The notes beneath the pieces are model-generated. The model ran no database searches and was not told the origin of the DNA. It saw nothing but the letters and a program-made list of their open reading frames with translations. A program made the position numbers and the translations under genes. From Thermodesulfobacteriota bacterium (GTDB lineage Bacteria > Desulfobacterota_D > UBA1144 > Nemesobacterales > UBA2774), in contig OZ244991.1 of the NCBI GenBank assembly GCA_965223335.1, positions 95,231-159,230 on the forward strand: a DNA stretch of 64,000 nt. Reading direction: 5' to 3'. Position 1 is the stretch's first letter. The number at the start of each line of letters is the position of its first letter. This document shows, piece after piece, positions 51,579 to 62,043 of the stretch.

Positions 51579-52859
51579 CTATATCTGGTTTAAATATATG
51601 TAATCTAAATATAAAGGTATACTGCGGTCCTTAAGTCCTCTCGCTACAAAATCGGGCCAATCATAAAACAGTTTATCGGCGTCTCGAATCATACCAAGGA
51701 TATTGTTTGCAGAGTCTATATCACCCTGTTCAAACACAGCTATTATACGGTGTGTACACTCCTCTATTGCTTCCTCTACAAGATCATAGTCTACTACTAT
51801 ATTTTTGTCTTGATTATCGAACTTAATCGCACCAGACGAAGCCAACCAACTAAATGCAATATACGCAGACCCGCTGTCTGCATATCGGTACAACCCACCC
51901 CGCCTGATATACCTCAGCATCTCTGCAGTACACACGATATATGCAGCCTGGGTGCTTTCCGCATTTAACAATGCAGCGTTTAGGTGCTTTATATTGTGGA
52001 GTGCGATTAAGTCCGATTTTAATTCGTGTAGGATCATGTAACCCATCTCGTCACTTTCTTTTAGCTGACTTAGATTATCTGCGCCGATGAAATGTCCAAT
52101 GTCATGCCCCCGTAGCCACAACAATAAAACCCTGGCAACCGACTTGTCACTTAAATCGCGAATCATATCGTAATCACTCAATAATATTTGCGCTATGGGT
52201 TTCGAGATTAACTGAAATCTCGTAGTATATAGGTTTGTAAAAACCGTCATATTGGAAAGCGATGCCAGTTCTTCATTACCGCTTTTAGAGTAGAAAACGC
52301 ATATCGGTTTATGTCTTATATTAAGTACCCCCGCAAGCGCAATCACATCCAAGCACCGAGCCTCTGGGAATTGTTGATTCCCGGTCAGCGTGTCCCGCCC
52401 CCTGCCTTTGACTAAATCCTTGGTATAGCTTTCAAATCCTGCGTCATATCGCCCTATAATATCTTGATATCCATTGTTTATTACCCCTACTACCCCGGCA
52501 TATCGGCTATCCAGAGGATTAGAGAAAACCTTTCCTATGATCATCTCCACGCTGTGTGTGCTGTTGCAATCAATGCGTATGGGAACCATATCGTAAATCC
52601 CCGAAGCGAGTGTATCCACCTGTTTGTTGTATCTTGTTCTCTCATCCCCGCACAAGAGCATAGAATTCTTGCGAAGCAGTTTAAGTGTCTTATCAAAGAG
52701 CAGTTTCTCTACTGTCAGATCAAGCTGTCCAACTGACTCCATCTCATATAACGCATTGATATAATTTAGAGTTTTAAGAAAATTATTGGTTGGTTCCCTA
52801 AGTGTCTCGGGCAACCCAAGATTGAGTTCAACTATTAGGGATTTATAAAAATCGGACAT
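51579..52859 (-). CDS. Peptidase M49 (dipeptidyl-peptidase III)-like protein with altered metal/catalytic motifs
   Basis: GHDIGHFIG (compare HExxHGxG), HELKSD (compare EExKAD), LRYIRRG, and WLASSGAI...VDYDLVEEAIEE....I....QGD as in bacterial and plant DPP III C-termini. Confidence 0.6.
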   Translation of the reverse strand: MSDFYKSLIVELNLGLPETLREPTNNFLKTLNYINALYEMESVGQLDLTVEKLLFDKTLKLLRKNSMLLCGDERTRYNKQVDTLASGIYDMVPIRIDCNSTHSVEMIIGKVFSNPLDSRYAGVVGVINNGYQDIIGRYDAGFESYTKDLVKGRGRDTLTGNQQFPEARCLDVIALAGVLNIRHKPICVFYSKSGNEELASLSNMTVFTNLYTTRFQLISKPIAQILLSDYDMIRDLSDKSVARVLLLWLRGHDIGHFIGADNLSQLKESDEMGYMILHELKSDLIALHNIKHLNAALLNAESTQAAYIVCTAEMLRYIRRGGLYRYADSGSAYIAFSWLASSGAIKFDNQDKNIVVDYDLVEEAIEECTHRIIAVFEQGDIDSANNILGMIRDADKLFYDWPDFVARGLKDRSIPLYLDYIYLNQI

Positions 52860-52909
52860 ACAATCAGACAGTTCACACCGATTATTAAATGCTTAGAGCC
52901 TTTGTACCA

Positions 52910-53218
52910 TTACTCTGAATCGAGTTTGATAACTACTTTCTTTAAATAAAGGTCAAGTCGTTCGTTTAATGCCTCTATAGAATTTTTGTCTTCCTCTTGT
53001 GCGGCCTCTTCAATCTTTTTTCCAATGCTGCTGATCTCTTCAAATCCATACCCCGCACCTGCGCCTTTCATGCTATGGCCTAATCGTTTAATCTCTTCCA
53101 TATTTGAATCGAGTAATAACTGTTTGATAAGTTCGACATCGTTTCTACGGTTTTCCATAAACAATGGCACAAGGTCCTCGATATCAGGGTCAACATATAC
53201 AATCTCATTATCATACAT
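52910..53218 (-). CDS. Stand-alone Hpt phosphotransfer protein
   Basis: LGHSMKGAGAGYGFEEIS; GGAGG Shine-Dalgarno before ATG 53218. Confidence 0.92.
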   Translation of the reverse strand: MYDNEIVYVDPDIEDLVPLFMENRRNDVELIKQLLLDSNMEEIKRLGHSMKGAGAGYGFEEISSIGKKIEEAAQEEDKNSIEALNERLDLYLKKVVIKLDSE

Positions 53219-53300
53219 CGTTAAATCCTCCACTCTCAGTATCAATAGTACATTTAGTTATAATACACTAATTTCTTAATCTGCGGAATCAACCCAATGT

Positions 53301-54857
53301 TTATTCGGGTTGATGCTCCGTTCTGAGTAAATCCATTACTGTTTTCACCGGGTTAAAAGTAATTGCCGGAACCTCGACAAATATCGTAATCCACCTACTC
53401 ATTGCACCGTTCCAAAGCCCCGGCAGCTCGAGAGCTCTAAGCTCCCTACCGGAATAAGACTTGTTTGAAATGAAACCTGTGTCGGGGTCAATGAAGCTCA
53501 TCAAATCAAACGAACTACCCCTAAAATCACGCATGCCACATACTATATCAACCGGGTTGAAATGAGTCGAGCTGCGAAGCACCTCCAACTGTGTCTGGGA
53601 ACTCGGATCTATTTGCGACGATTCCACAATCTGCAATGATGTTGTGCCGTCATTTTCCCTCACCCAAAACGGCCCTCCCCCAGGCTCTCCCACATTTCTT
53701 ACAACCCCACAGACCCTAATGGGCCTGTTTAAAAGATTAATCAAGGACTCGACTCTCTGTTCACCTCGAGAGTGCTCGTATTCATCCGCTGTGCCGATCT
53801 TGAGTGTGTCTCTGCAATATTGAGATATAGCATCGAGTGCGCGGGAATCCAGATCTCCCGTGCACAATCCCTCCAAGTATCCATAGACCCTATGCTGAAC
53901 ATCCAGTAAATACCCGGCCAATGCCTTTTTATAGTCCGCTGTAGGGCCCTTAAGCCTGTCGGGGACCACGTTGTCTATATTTTTAATAAACACAATGTCT
54001 GTATCCAGCTCGTTTATATTGCTCAGCAATGCACCATGCCCGCCCGGTCTAAAAACTAAGTTTCCGTTATCGTCAATAAACGGATTGTTCTCAATATCGG
54101 CAGCGATCGTATCAGTAGAAGGTAATTGTTCGGAATAAGACACAGTCAAATTTATATTATCACTTTCGTATAGCGACTTTTTGTGCGATATATGCTCTAC
54201 GATTACATCCCTATGCGCAGGCGATAATGTGAACTGCACACTCGCCACACCCCGCATACCCACAGCATACTCCCCGGCTTCCACAAGGTGTTCCTCAAAA
54301 GCCGTCCTCGAAGTATTGCCGTACTTATGGAACTCAATTAACCCCTTGGGCAGGTTTTTGTAATCAAGTCCATTGGGTTCCAGCACATATTCCAATATGC
54401 TTCGATAATCACCTGACTCAATAACGACTTCCAGGTCCAATCCAACCCGGCTCATAGCGGTTTTAAGGTCATTATAGAAAGCAAATTTCTCGATATTGGA
54501 GATAAACTCATCCACAACACTCGCCTCACGTGAGTAGTTGGTACGATCTAAATTCCCGCTCTCCCCATAAACGTTATACGCTGCGATAAGATCCTTAAAC
54601 ATCCTGCTTGCCGCACCTGAAGCAGGGACAAATTTAACTAGTTCTAAATCTTTTTTTGAGTCTTCGAATTTAGCGATAAAAGTACTGAGCTCATTATCGA
54701 TATTGAGTATCCCGTCCCCAAGTGTGGCGGGGCGATCAAGTGATATAAAAGGAATACCTGTGCGAAATTTATCGAGTTGGTTTAAAACAACTTCAGGAGT
54801 TGTTCCCCTCTCAGAGATCTGCTCCAACATCGATTCATTAAAACTAAAGGCGGGCAT
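53301..54857 (-). CDS. DUF4301 family protein (nucleotide-sugar pyrophosphorylase-like fold)
   Basis: KFVPASGAASRMFK, LPKGLIEFH, RPGGHGALL, FIKNIDNV, GEPGGGPFW, THFNPVD, ELPGLWNG and FNPVKTV motifs. Confidence 0.88.
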   Translation of the reverse strand: MPAFSFNESMLEQISERGTTPEVVLNQLDKFRTGIPFISLDRPATLGDGILNIDNELSTFIAKFEDSKKDLELVKFVPASGAASRMFKDLIAAYNVYGESGNLDRTNYSREASVVDEFISNIEKFAFYNDLKTAMSRVGLDLEVVIESGDYRSILEYVLEPNGLDYKNLPKGLIEFHKYGNTSRTAFEEHLVEAGEYAVGMRGVASVQFTLSPAHRDVIVEHISHKKSLYESDNINLTVSYSEQLPSTDTIAADIENNPFIDDNGNLVFRPGGHGALLSNINELDTDIVFIKNIDNVVPDRLKGPTADYKKALAGYLLDVQHRVYGYLEGLCTGDLDSRALDAISQYCRDTLKIGTADEYEHSRGEQRVESLINLLNRPIRVCGVVRNVGEPGGGPFWVRENDGTTSLQIVESSQIDPSSQTQLEVLRSSTHFNPVDIVCGMRDFRGSSFDLMSFIDPDTGFISNKSYSGRELRALELPGLWNGAMSRWITIFVEVPAITFNPVKTVMDLLRTEHQPE

Positions 54858-54928
54858 ATTAACTGTATTAAATCCATTAAGCTTTGGCTTAGGATTTATA
54901 GTATTGATTCAGGGATATAATATCTAAA

Positions 54929-57900
54929 CTAGACACCTATTTCAAAACTCGGTGGATCAACCGTATCGCTGGGGAGATTGCCACCGACCCATCTCTCTAT
55001 AGTCTCGAACAATATTTTTTTCCTAAGCGGCTTAGACACATAATCATCCATATTGTTTTCCAGACACTTTTCCCTGTATCCAGCTATTGCATGAGCCGTG
55101 ACAGCGATAATCGGAATACGACCGCTGTTTTGATTCTGTTCAATCATTCTTATTGCTTTTGTTGTATCGAAACCATCCATCTCAGGCATCTGTATATCCA
55201 TAAGAATCACATCGTATTTAGTCTGGGTAAAACACTCTATGGCCTGCTTACCGCTGTCTGCAATCTCTACAATATAACCAGCTTTTTCCAGTAACCGTCT
55301 GGCCAAATTCTGGTTATCCACAGTATCATCAACAACAAGTATGCTGGCACCGCTGCAGGTAATTTGTTTTTGACTCACCTGCTTTACCACTGGGGCTACT
55401 CGCTCAACTTCCCTCACGGTATCAACCTTGCCGAGGAACAGTTTTTGCAATATATCGAGCAGTTTAGTTTGTTTAACAGGCTTAACAATTGAGTCCGTTA
55501 CACCTTGCTCCAGATAATTATTCAACTTAATATTATCCCACGACGTTAGAAGCACTGTTTTTAATTTAAGGTGATATTGTTTTGCGATCATGTCTTCTAT
55601 CATCTTGGCACCGTCAAACTCAGGCATATCATTATCAATCAATACCAGGTCTAGCTCTTCCACCCTTTCTTCCAACACACTCTCGGCAGACTGACCGTTA
55701 TTGGCTTCAAACACCTTAAATCCCCAATTTGACAGTATTTTGTGCAATACCAACCGACTCTTCGAGTTATCATCTACTATAAGCGCTTTTAGACCGTTAA
55801 ACTCGCTTTTAATGCTATCCAGTGTATCTGAACTTGTGTCTTGTTGTGCCTCCAAAGGTAACGAGAAGTGGAAACTCGACCCCTTGCCCTCTTCGCTCTC
55901 GAGCCATATGGATCCGTCCATTATCTCAACTAATGTTTTAGAGATACTTAAACCGAGTCCGGTACCGCCAAAACTCCTAGAGTTTGAACTATCGACCTGT
56001 GAGAACTTCTCAAATATCTTGTTTTGATTTGCAAGCGATATTCCTATCCCGGTATCAATCACTGTAAAATGTACATGATCAACACCTCCGTTTTCAGACG
56101 GCATTTTACCTACTTTTATAAACACCTCACCAGACTCTGTGAACTTGATTGCGTTTACTACTAAATTCACTAGAACCTGTCTTATTCTGTTGCTATCGCC
56201 CATAAGTTTCTCGGGCACACGATCATCAATATACGTAAGCAGCTCAAGCCCCTTATCATATGCCCTAACACTTAGCGTCTCGGCTACCTCCTCCACTAGC
56301 GATCTCAGTCCAAACTCCCGATCCTCTATCTCAACAAGCTCGGCTTCAATCCTAGAGAAATCCAAAATATCGTTTATTAAAGCCAATAACGCATCTGAAG
56401 AAGACTGTATAACCCTCATAGTTTCTTCGTGCTCTTTTGATAGTTCTGTGTCGAGCGAGAGCTCTGTCATACCCACAATCGCATTTAGCGGTGTGCGGAT
56501 CTCGTGACTAACGTTGGCAAGGAACTCAGACTTCGCCTGACTCGCGGCTTCTGCAGCTTCTTTGGCCCGTGTGAGCTCTCTCTCGGTCTGTTTGCGCTCT
56601 GTAATATCCATAAAACTACCTAGCATAGCACTACGCCCCTTATACTGTATAGCAATTGTAGTTTCCATCACCCACCGGATCTCACCCTGTTTCGTGATGA
56701 TCCTGTACTCGTAGGGTTTAGTCAACCCTTCCTCCAACATTCTGCTGCTACTCTCGCGTACATGCATCCTGTCCTGTGGGTGAACGAGCTTCCAGGGGTT
56801 ACTGCCCAATAACTCTTCGTAGCTGTAGTTTAGGAACTTCTGGAACTCTGGGTTTACAAACTCGAGTTTTTTATCTTGGATTATATACACACCAATTGGC
56901 GAGTGAGTAGAAAGGGTTTGAAAAAGCTCCTCGGCCTGCTTACGCTCAGAAACATCCATGACAGTTGCCAACACAGCCTCCCCGCCCAGGTAACGTATTG
57001 AGGTCAGAACCTCCATCACCCATATCAGGTTTCCGTTCTTAGTTACCATCCTGTACTCAAAGGGGCTCAGCAACTCGCCCTCAAGCATCTTTTGGCTGTT
57101 GCGAATTACCGCTTCCCTATCTTCGGAATAAACAAAGCTAAGTGAATTGTTGTTAAGAAGTTCCTCCTCCGAGTAGCCTAAATATTTCTGAAACTGAGGG
57201 TTAACAAATTTGTAATTCTGGTCCTGTACAATATAAATACCTATAGGAGAGCTTGTAGACAGCGTCCTCAACATTACCTCAACCCTTCTCCTATCCGTAA
57301 TGTCCACTACGCTTCCCAATACCGCAGTGCGTTCTCTGTAGGTTATTTTTGTTACAGATTCCATCATCCAACGTATCTGGCCGTTACAGTCCACTATCCT
57401 ATATTCGTACGGGGACATTCTGGCGTGCTCGAGCATTGCATTTGAGTTCTTCTCAAGCTCAGGCCAGTCCTTTTTATATACAATGTTCTCAAGCGCCATC
57501 CCCTCGAGTTCGTCTTTTTCATATCCGTTGAAATTTGCAAACTGTGGATTAACAAAACATATTTTACCGTCTTGTATTATGTATATGCCGATCGGTGAAC
57601 TATTGGTTAGAGTGCGCAGCATGTTCTCTGTACGTTTGGTATCGGTAATATCAATAACGTTGCCAACAATTGCTTCCTCACCGTTGTACTCACTCTTAAA
57701 TACCGTTTCTAAAAACCATTTGATTTCTCCGTTTTTATTAAGAGCCCTATACTGGTATGGCAAAGACTCTCCTGTGCTTAGCGATTGCTCTTGATTCTGC
57801 AGTGTTGAGGATTGGTCTTGGGGAAAGACTAAGTTCATTAAATCGGTCCCTATGAGCTCCTCTCTCTTATAACCCGTATACTCCATAAACTTGCCGTTGA

Positions 57901-58933
57901 CAAAAGCAATCACACCGTTTTGGACCACATAAATCCCATAGAGTGATTTCGCCGAGAAAGCCTTGTGGAGCTCACCTGCACTCTTAAGTGTGACTATCTC
58001 TGCACTCAATCCATCAATAATTTTTTCGCTGTAATTCTTTAGATCTTCGTACTCTACGTGGGACTGATCTATCTTGAGCATGCTATCCTGAGCAGATTGA
58101 ATATATATTTTATTTGCAATCAATAGCCCCATGAGAGGAACAATAAACCCGGTTATCCCCAGTAGATGAACTGCATAAAACCTGATTTCTACAAAATCTG
58201 CAGAACCCAGCATAGCCTGAACCTGTGATGTGATAAACGGCACAATGCTCAATGCCATAATGTAATAAAACAGTGATCTGCCACTATATGAAAGTGCCAA
58301 TAGTATAAGTGCGGCGCACGATACCAAAATAGGCAGTGACATAGAATAGTTAATTAAAGTAGATACGATTTCAGAGTTGCTTATGATGTTATTGTAATCA
58401 GGGGCAAAGTAGATAGCCGTGACAGCTAAACCCACTGTTGCAACTGCAGCTACTGTAAATAGACTGATGTTTTGTTTCCCGGCTTGATCTTCACTGTGTC
58501 TTATAAACACAAGGTAGCCCAATATGTAGATAAAAGCAGGGAATAGTTGGTAAACAATCCAAGTTAACGACAACACCTCTTCTGTTGCGTTGGTACTTCC
58601 GATCATGTTCTTGAATAAAAGCAACTGAACTATGTTTACAACAGCCGAACCCAAGAACCCCAGACCTATAACATATTTGTACACATCACGGTCTAAGCAG
58701 AATATACCCAGTACCAATAATCCTACGAACAGAGCCGCACCAACGGTAAGAAGTCTAAATACGACGCATACAGCATCCTCCGTCTCGGGCGCTAACAAAG
58801 CATACGCGCCCTCGAAGCCATAGTTAAGACCCGGCACTGCATACAGGAACGATAGCGCGCTTAAACAGAGCACAGCTATGCATAGTGAGAGTGGAATTCG
58901 CGATTCTACATTATTGGTATAGTTCTCTGACAT
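54929..58933 (-). CDS. Membrane hybrid sensor kinase (multi-TM, 4x PAS, HisKA, HATPase, 2x REC)
   Basis: About 7 TM helices; four GIY..Q....FVN..F...GY...EL PAS repeats; FLANVSHEIRTPL; DTGIG and GGTGLGL; two receivers. ATG 58933 follows GAGG; the ORF extends to 58984. Confidence 0.94.
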   Translation of the reverse strand: MSENYTNNVESRIPLSLCIAVLCLSALSFLYAVPGLNYGFEGAYALLAPETEDAVCVVFRLLTVGAALFVGLLVLGIFCLDRDVYKYVIGLGFLGSAVVNIVQLLLFKNMIGSTNATEEVLSLTWIVYQLFPAFIYILGYLVFIRHSEDQAGKQNISLFTVAAVATVGLAVTAIYFAPDYNNIISNSEIVSTLINYSMSLPILVSCAALILLALSYSGRSLFYYIMALSIVPFITSQVQAMLGSADFVEIRFYAVHLLGITGFIVPLMGLLIANKIYIQSAQDSMLKIDQSHVEYEDLKNYSEKIIDGLSAEIVTLKSAGELHKAFSAKSLYGIYVVQNGVIAFVNGKFMEYTGYKREELIGTDLMNLVFPQDQSSTLQNQEQSLSTGESLPYQYRALNKNGEIKWFLETVFKSEYNGEEAIVGNVIDITDTKRTENMLRTLTNSSPIGIYIIQDGKICFVNPQFANFNGYEKDELEGMALENIVYKKDWPELEKNSNAMLEHARMSPYEYRIVDCNGQIRWMMESVTKITYRERTAVLGSVVDITDRRRVEVMLRTLSTSSPIGIYIVQDQNYKFVNPQFQKYLGYSEEELLNNNSLSFVYSEDREAVIRNSQKMLEGELLSPFEYRMVTKNGNLIWVMEVLTSIRYLGGEAVLATVMDVSERKQAEELFQTLSTHSPIGVYIIQDKKLEFVNPEFQKFLNYSYEELLGSNPWKLVHPQDRMHVRESSSRMLEEGLTKPYEYRIITKQGEIRWVMETTIAIQYKGRSAMLGSFMDITERKQTERELTRAKEAAEAASQAKSEFLANVSHEIRTPLNAIVGMTELSLDTELSKEHEETMRVIQSSSDALLALINDILDFSRIEAELVEIEDREFGLRSLVEEVAETLSVRAYDKGLELLTYIDDRVPEKLMGDSNRIRQVLVNLVVNAIKFTESGEVFIKVGKMPSENGGVDHVHFTVIDTGIGISLANQNKIFEKFSQVDSSNSRSFGGTGLGLSISKTLVEIMDGSIWLESEEGKGSSFHFSLPLEAQQDTSSDTLDSIKSEFNGLKALIVDDNSKSRLVLHKILSNWGFKVFEANNGQSAESVLEERVEELDLVLIDNDMPEFDGAKMIEDMIAKQYHLKLKTVLLTSWDNIKLNNYLEQGVTDSIVKPVKQTKLLDILQKLFLGKVDTVREVERVAPVVKQVSQKQITCSGASILVVDDTVDNQNLARRLLEKAGYIVEIADSGKQAIECFTQTKYDVILMDIQMPEMDGFDTTKAIRMIEQNQNSGRIPIIAVTAHAIAGYREKCLENNMDDYVSKPLRKKILFETIERWVGGNLPSDTVDPPSFEIGV

Positions 58934-58956
58934 TGCATCCTCTAACCACATATAGG

Positions 58957-58972
58957 TGCAATAATTATGCCA
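58957..58972 (-). promoter_or_regulatory. Sigma-54 promoter of the hybrid kinase
   Basis: Minus strand TGGCATAATTATTGCA (GG-N10-GC), 24 nt upstream of ATG 58933. Confidence 0.75.
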
Positions 58973-59262
58973 ACGCATAACCACTCTAACATATTGGTAT
59001 GACTTGATTTTATCTCAGTCGAGATACGATAATAGGGCTTTGCGGACAAAAATTGTCAACGCTGACATATAATGTAACTTACGTGAAAAATAATTAACAA
59101 TTTCAGCACTGTAATATAATAATGGATGGAATATCGATTTATGTATGCTTATTTGCAAAATATAGAATAAATGAATAACTGGTGTTCATAGAAATTTTTA
59201 TGAAATTACGGAGTAAAAATAGACAGACTTTAGCTTCAATTGATTATAGAGGGTGGGATTAG

Positions 59263-59340
59263 TGGCGGGGCCGACGGGACTTGAACCCGCGACCTCTGGC
59301 TTGACAGGCCAGCGTTCTAACCGGTCTGAACTACGGCCCC
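59263..59340 (-). tRNA. tRNA-Asp(GTC)
   Basis: GGGGCCGTAGTTCAGACCGGTTAGAACGCTGGCCT-GTC-AAGCCAGAGGTCGCGGGTTCAAGTCCCGTCGGCCCCGCCA. Confidence 0.96.
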
Positions 59341-59352
59341 ACACTAGTTTTG

Positions 59353-59427
59353 TGGTGGGCGGTACAGGATTTGAACCTGTGACATCTTGCTTGTAAGGCA
59401 AGCGCTCTCCCGCTGAGCTAACCGCCC
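59353..59427 (-). tRNA. tRNA-Val(TAC)
   Basis: GGGCGGTTAGCTCAGCGGGAGAGCGCTTGCCT-TAC-AAGCAAGATGTCACAGGTTCAAATCCTGTACCGCCCACCA. Confidence 0.96.
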
Positions 59428-59577
59428 AATTTACTCAATTCCTAAAGTCTCATACACAGAGAATGTTTGGTATGAAGGGATATCTTTATAACTGGATTAT
59501 AGCCACTTGTCTAGACAGAGTATCTAACATATAAACCGGGATTAACTTATAAAGGCCTGTCTAATCCGTCTTTAGTC

Positions 59578-62013
59578 CTAGTTGACGTTTGTGCTACCCA
59601 CCTCTTCGGGCATCTGCAACGAAGACGGTGGAGGGATAACTATATCCTGCAGAACTGGGCCCTCAGACTCTATAGCCAAGTCGAGTACCTCATCCATGTG
59701 CTCAACCAGTTTGAGCTCGATGTCCTTAAGAATATTATCCCTTATATCCTTCAGGTCTTTTTCGTTCTCGTGAGGGATGATAACGGTTTTCACCTTACCG
59801 CGGTGAGCAGCCAGTATCTTTTCTTTTAAGCCCCCGATCGGAAGCACCCTGCCCCTAAGTGTTATCTCGCCCGTCATTGCAACATCGTGCTTCACAGGCT
59901 TTCTTATCAGTGCCGATACTATCGCAGTAGAAATAGCAATACCAGCGGAGGGGCCGTCTTTAGGTGTAGCACCCTCGGGTACGTGTATATGTATATCTAC
60001 CTTTTGATAGAAAAGACGCTCCAGACCAAGTTTCTCGGCCCTAGACCTCACATAGCTCATAGCAGCCTGTGCAGATTCCTGCATCACCTCACCCAGCTTA
60101 CCCGTAACGGTGAAGTTGCCCTTACCCGGCACTATCGAGACCTCGATCGTGAGCAGCTCCCCGCCCACCTCGGTCCATGCCAAGCCTGTCGAGATGCCGA
60201 TCTGGTCCTTCTCTTCGATCTCACCGTACTTAAATTTCGGGATACCCAGATAGTTTTGGCTCTGGATGTTGTTCGGTGTGATCCGTACAGTGTGGTCTTG
60301 GCCGTTTTTAACTACTTCGCGTGCCACCTTTCTGCACAGTGCAGCTATCTCGCGCTCTAGTGTCCTCACCCCGGCTTCACGGGTGTAGCGCCTTATAAGT
60401 GTGTAAACGCTGTTGTCGGACATCTTAAAATTATCTTCCTTTAACCCGTGGGCTTCCAGCTGTTTGGGCAGCAAGAACTTTCTAGCAATCTGGAGTTTCT
60501 CGTCCTCCGTGTAACCAGAGATTCGGATTATCTCCATCCTGTCCTGTAGCGCCCAGGGAATGCTGTGAAGCACATTCGCAGTCGTAATGAACATGACGTT
60601 AGAGAGGTCATAATCAACCTCAACGTAGTGGTCATTAAACGATTGGTTCTGCTCCGGGTCTAGCGCCTCCAGAAGTGCCGATGCGGGGTCACCCCTGAAA
60701 TCCATTCCCAGTTTGTCGATTTCGTCAAGCAAAAACACGGGGTTATTGGTACCCGCTTTTCTAATGCCTTGGATTATCTTTCCGGGCAGTGCCCCAATGT
60801 ATGTGCGCCTGTGCCCTCTAATCTCAGCTTCATCACGGACTCCACCCAATGAAACCCTAACAAATTTCCTGCCCATAGAGCGTGCAATGGATTTAGCGAG
60901 CGAGGTTTTACCCACACCCGGGGGCCCTACGAAGCAAAGGATAGGCCCTTTTATCTTTTGTGTAAGCGCCTGGACCGCCAGGTACTCAAGTATTCTTTCC
61001 TTAGGTTTCTCAAGACCGTAATGGTCTTCGTCAAGTATATTGGCAGCTTCGTCTACATCGAGCCTGTCGTCCGTGGTTTCATCTTCCCACGGCAAAGCAA
61101 GCAGCCAATCTATATAGTTTCTGACAACCGTGGCTTCGGCCGACATGGGCGACATCATCTTTAGTTTCTTTATCTCTTTTTTGACCTTCTGCTCGGCCTC
61201 TTCAGGCATGGACTTTTTCTTTAGCCTGTCCTCAAATTCCTGAATCTCTGACTTGAGGTCATCCTTCTCACCCAGCTCTTTTTGTATAGCCCTCATCTGC
61301 TCAGTCAAGTAGTATTCCTTCTGAGCCTTCTCCATCTGCTTTTTAACCCTGGTCCTGATACGTTTTTCAATCTGGAGTATCTCTACCTCGGCCTGGATCT
61401 TTTCGTACAGTTTCTCAAGCCTCTCAGCCGGGTTTATGGTCTCGAGTATCTCTTGCTTATCCTCAAGCTTAAAGCCCAAGTGCGAAGAGATCGTATCGGC
61501 CAACCTGCCCGCCTCCTCAATAGCAGACACGGTCACTAGTACCTCTGAGGGTATTTTTTTGTTAAGTTTCACATAGTTTTCAAACGCTGTGACGAGTGTG
61601 CGTATGAGTGCTTCGGTCTCCACACCAAGGTTATCGTCCTCGGGCACGTACTCGACCTCTACCAAAAAGTAGCTGTTGTTCGCAGAGTACTCGACTATTT
61701 TTGCACGCCTTTTCCCCTCTACCAGCACTTTCACCGTACCGTCTGGTAGCCTAAGCATCTGTACGATAGTCCCGATCGTACCTATGTCGTATATGTCTTC
61801 TTGGTTCGGGTCATTTGTTTTGGCATCCTTTTGAGCAGCCAGGAAGATCTCTTTGTTGTTCTTCATGGCCTCTTCAAGCGCTCGAATCGATTTTTCTCTG
61901 CCCACGAACAACGGGGCTACCATGTATGGGAAAATCACAACGTCTCTAAGTGGCAATAGTGGTATATTCACGGTTTCACCTTTTTCTTCATCGTATTTGA
62001 AAAACATCGGCAT
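59578..62013 (-). CDS. lon: ATP-dependent protease Lon
   Basis: [34 protein letters not shown] and PIGGLKEK motifs. Confidence 0.98.
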   Translation of the reverse strand: MPMFFKYDEEKGETVNIPLLPLRDVVIFPYMVAPLFVGREKSIRALEEAMKNNKEIFLAAQKDAKTNDPNQEDIYDIGTIGTIVQMLRLPDGTVKVLVEGKRRAKIVEYSANNSYFLVEVEYVPEDDNLGVETEALIRTLVTAFENYVKLNKKIPSEVLVTVSAIEEAGRLADTISSHLGFKLEDKQEILETINPAERLEKLYEKIQAEVEILQIEKRIRTRVKKQMEKAQKEYYLTEQMRAIQKELGEKDDLKSEIQEFEDRLKKKSMPEEAEQKVKKEIKKLKMMSPMSAEATVVRNYIDWLLALPWEDETTDDRLDVDEAANILDEDHYGLEKPKERILEYLAVQALTQKIKGPILCFVGPPGVGKTSLAKSIARSMGRKFVRVSLGGVRDEAEIRGHRRTYIGALPGKIIQGIRKAGTNNPVFLLDEIDKLGMDFRGDPASALLEALDPEQNQSFNDHYVEVDYDLSNVMFITTANVLHSIPWALQDRMEIIRISGYTEDEKLQIARKFLLPKQLEAHGLKEDNFKMSDNSVYTLIRRYTREAGVRTLEREIAALCRKVAREVVKNGQDHTVRITPNNIQSQNYLGIPKFKYGEIEEKDQIGISTGLAWTEVGGELLTIEVSIVPGKGNFTVTGKLGEVMQESAQAAMSYVRSRAEKLGLERLFYQKVDIHIHVPEGATPKDGPSAGIAISTAIVSALIRKPVKHDVAMTGEITLRGRVLPIGGLKEKILAAHRGKVKTVIIPHENEKDLKDIRDNILKDIELKLVEHMDEVLDLAIESEGPVLQDIVIPPPSSLQMPEEVGSTNVN

Positions 62014-62043
62014 GTTAGATCTCCTTTACAAAGAGATTTGAAA

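Noticed and set aside
48017-59262. Integrative element or genomic island at tRNA-Asp or tRNA-Ser
   Set aside because: No integrase, transposase or duplicated tRNA 3' end was found. The region looks somewhat more AT-rich by eye, but I could not compute this, so it is not called a mobile element.
59198-59401. 67-aa ORF
   Set aside because: Read-through of the tRNA-Val and tRNA-Asp genes.
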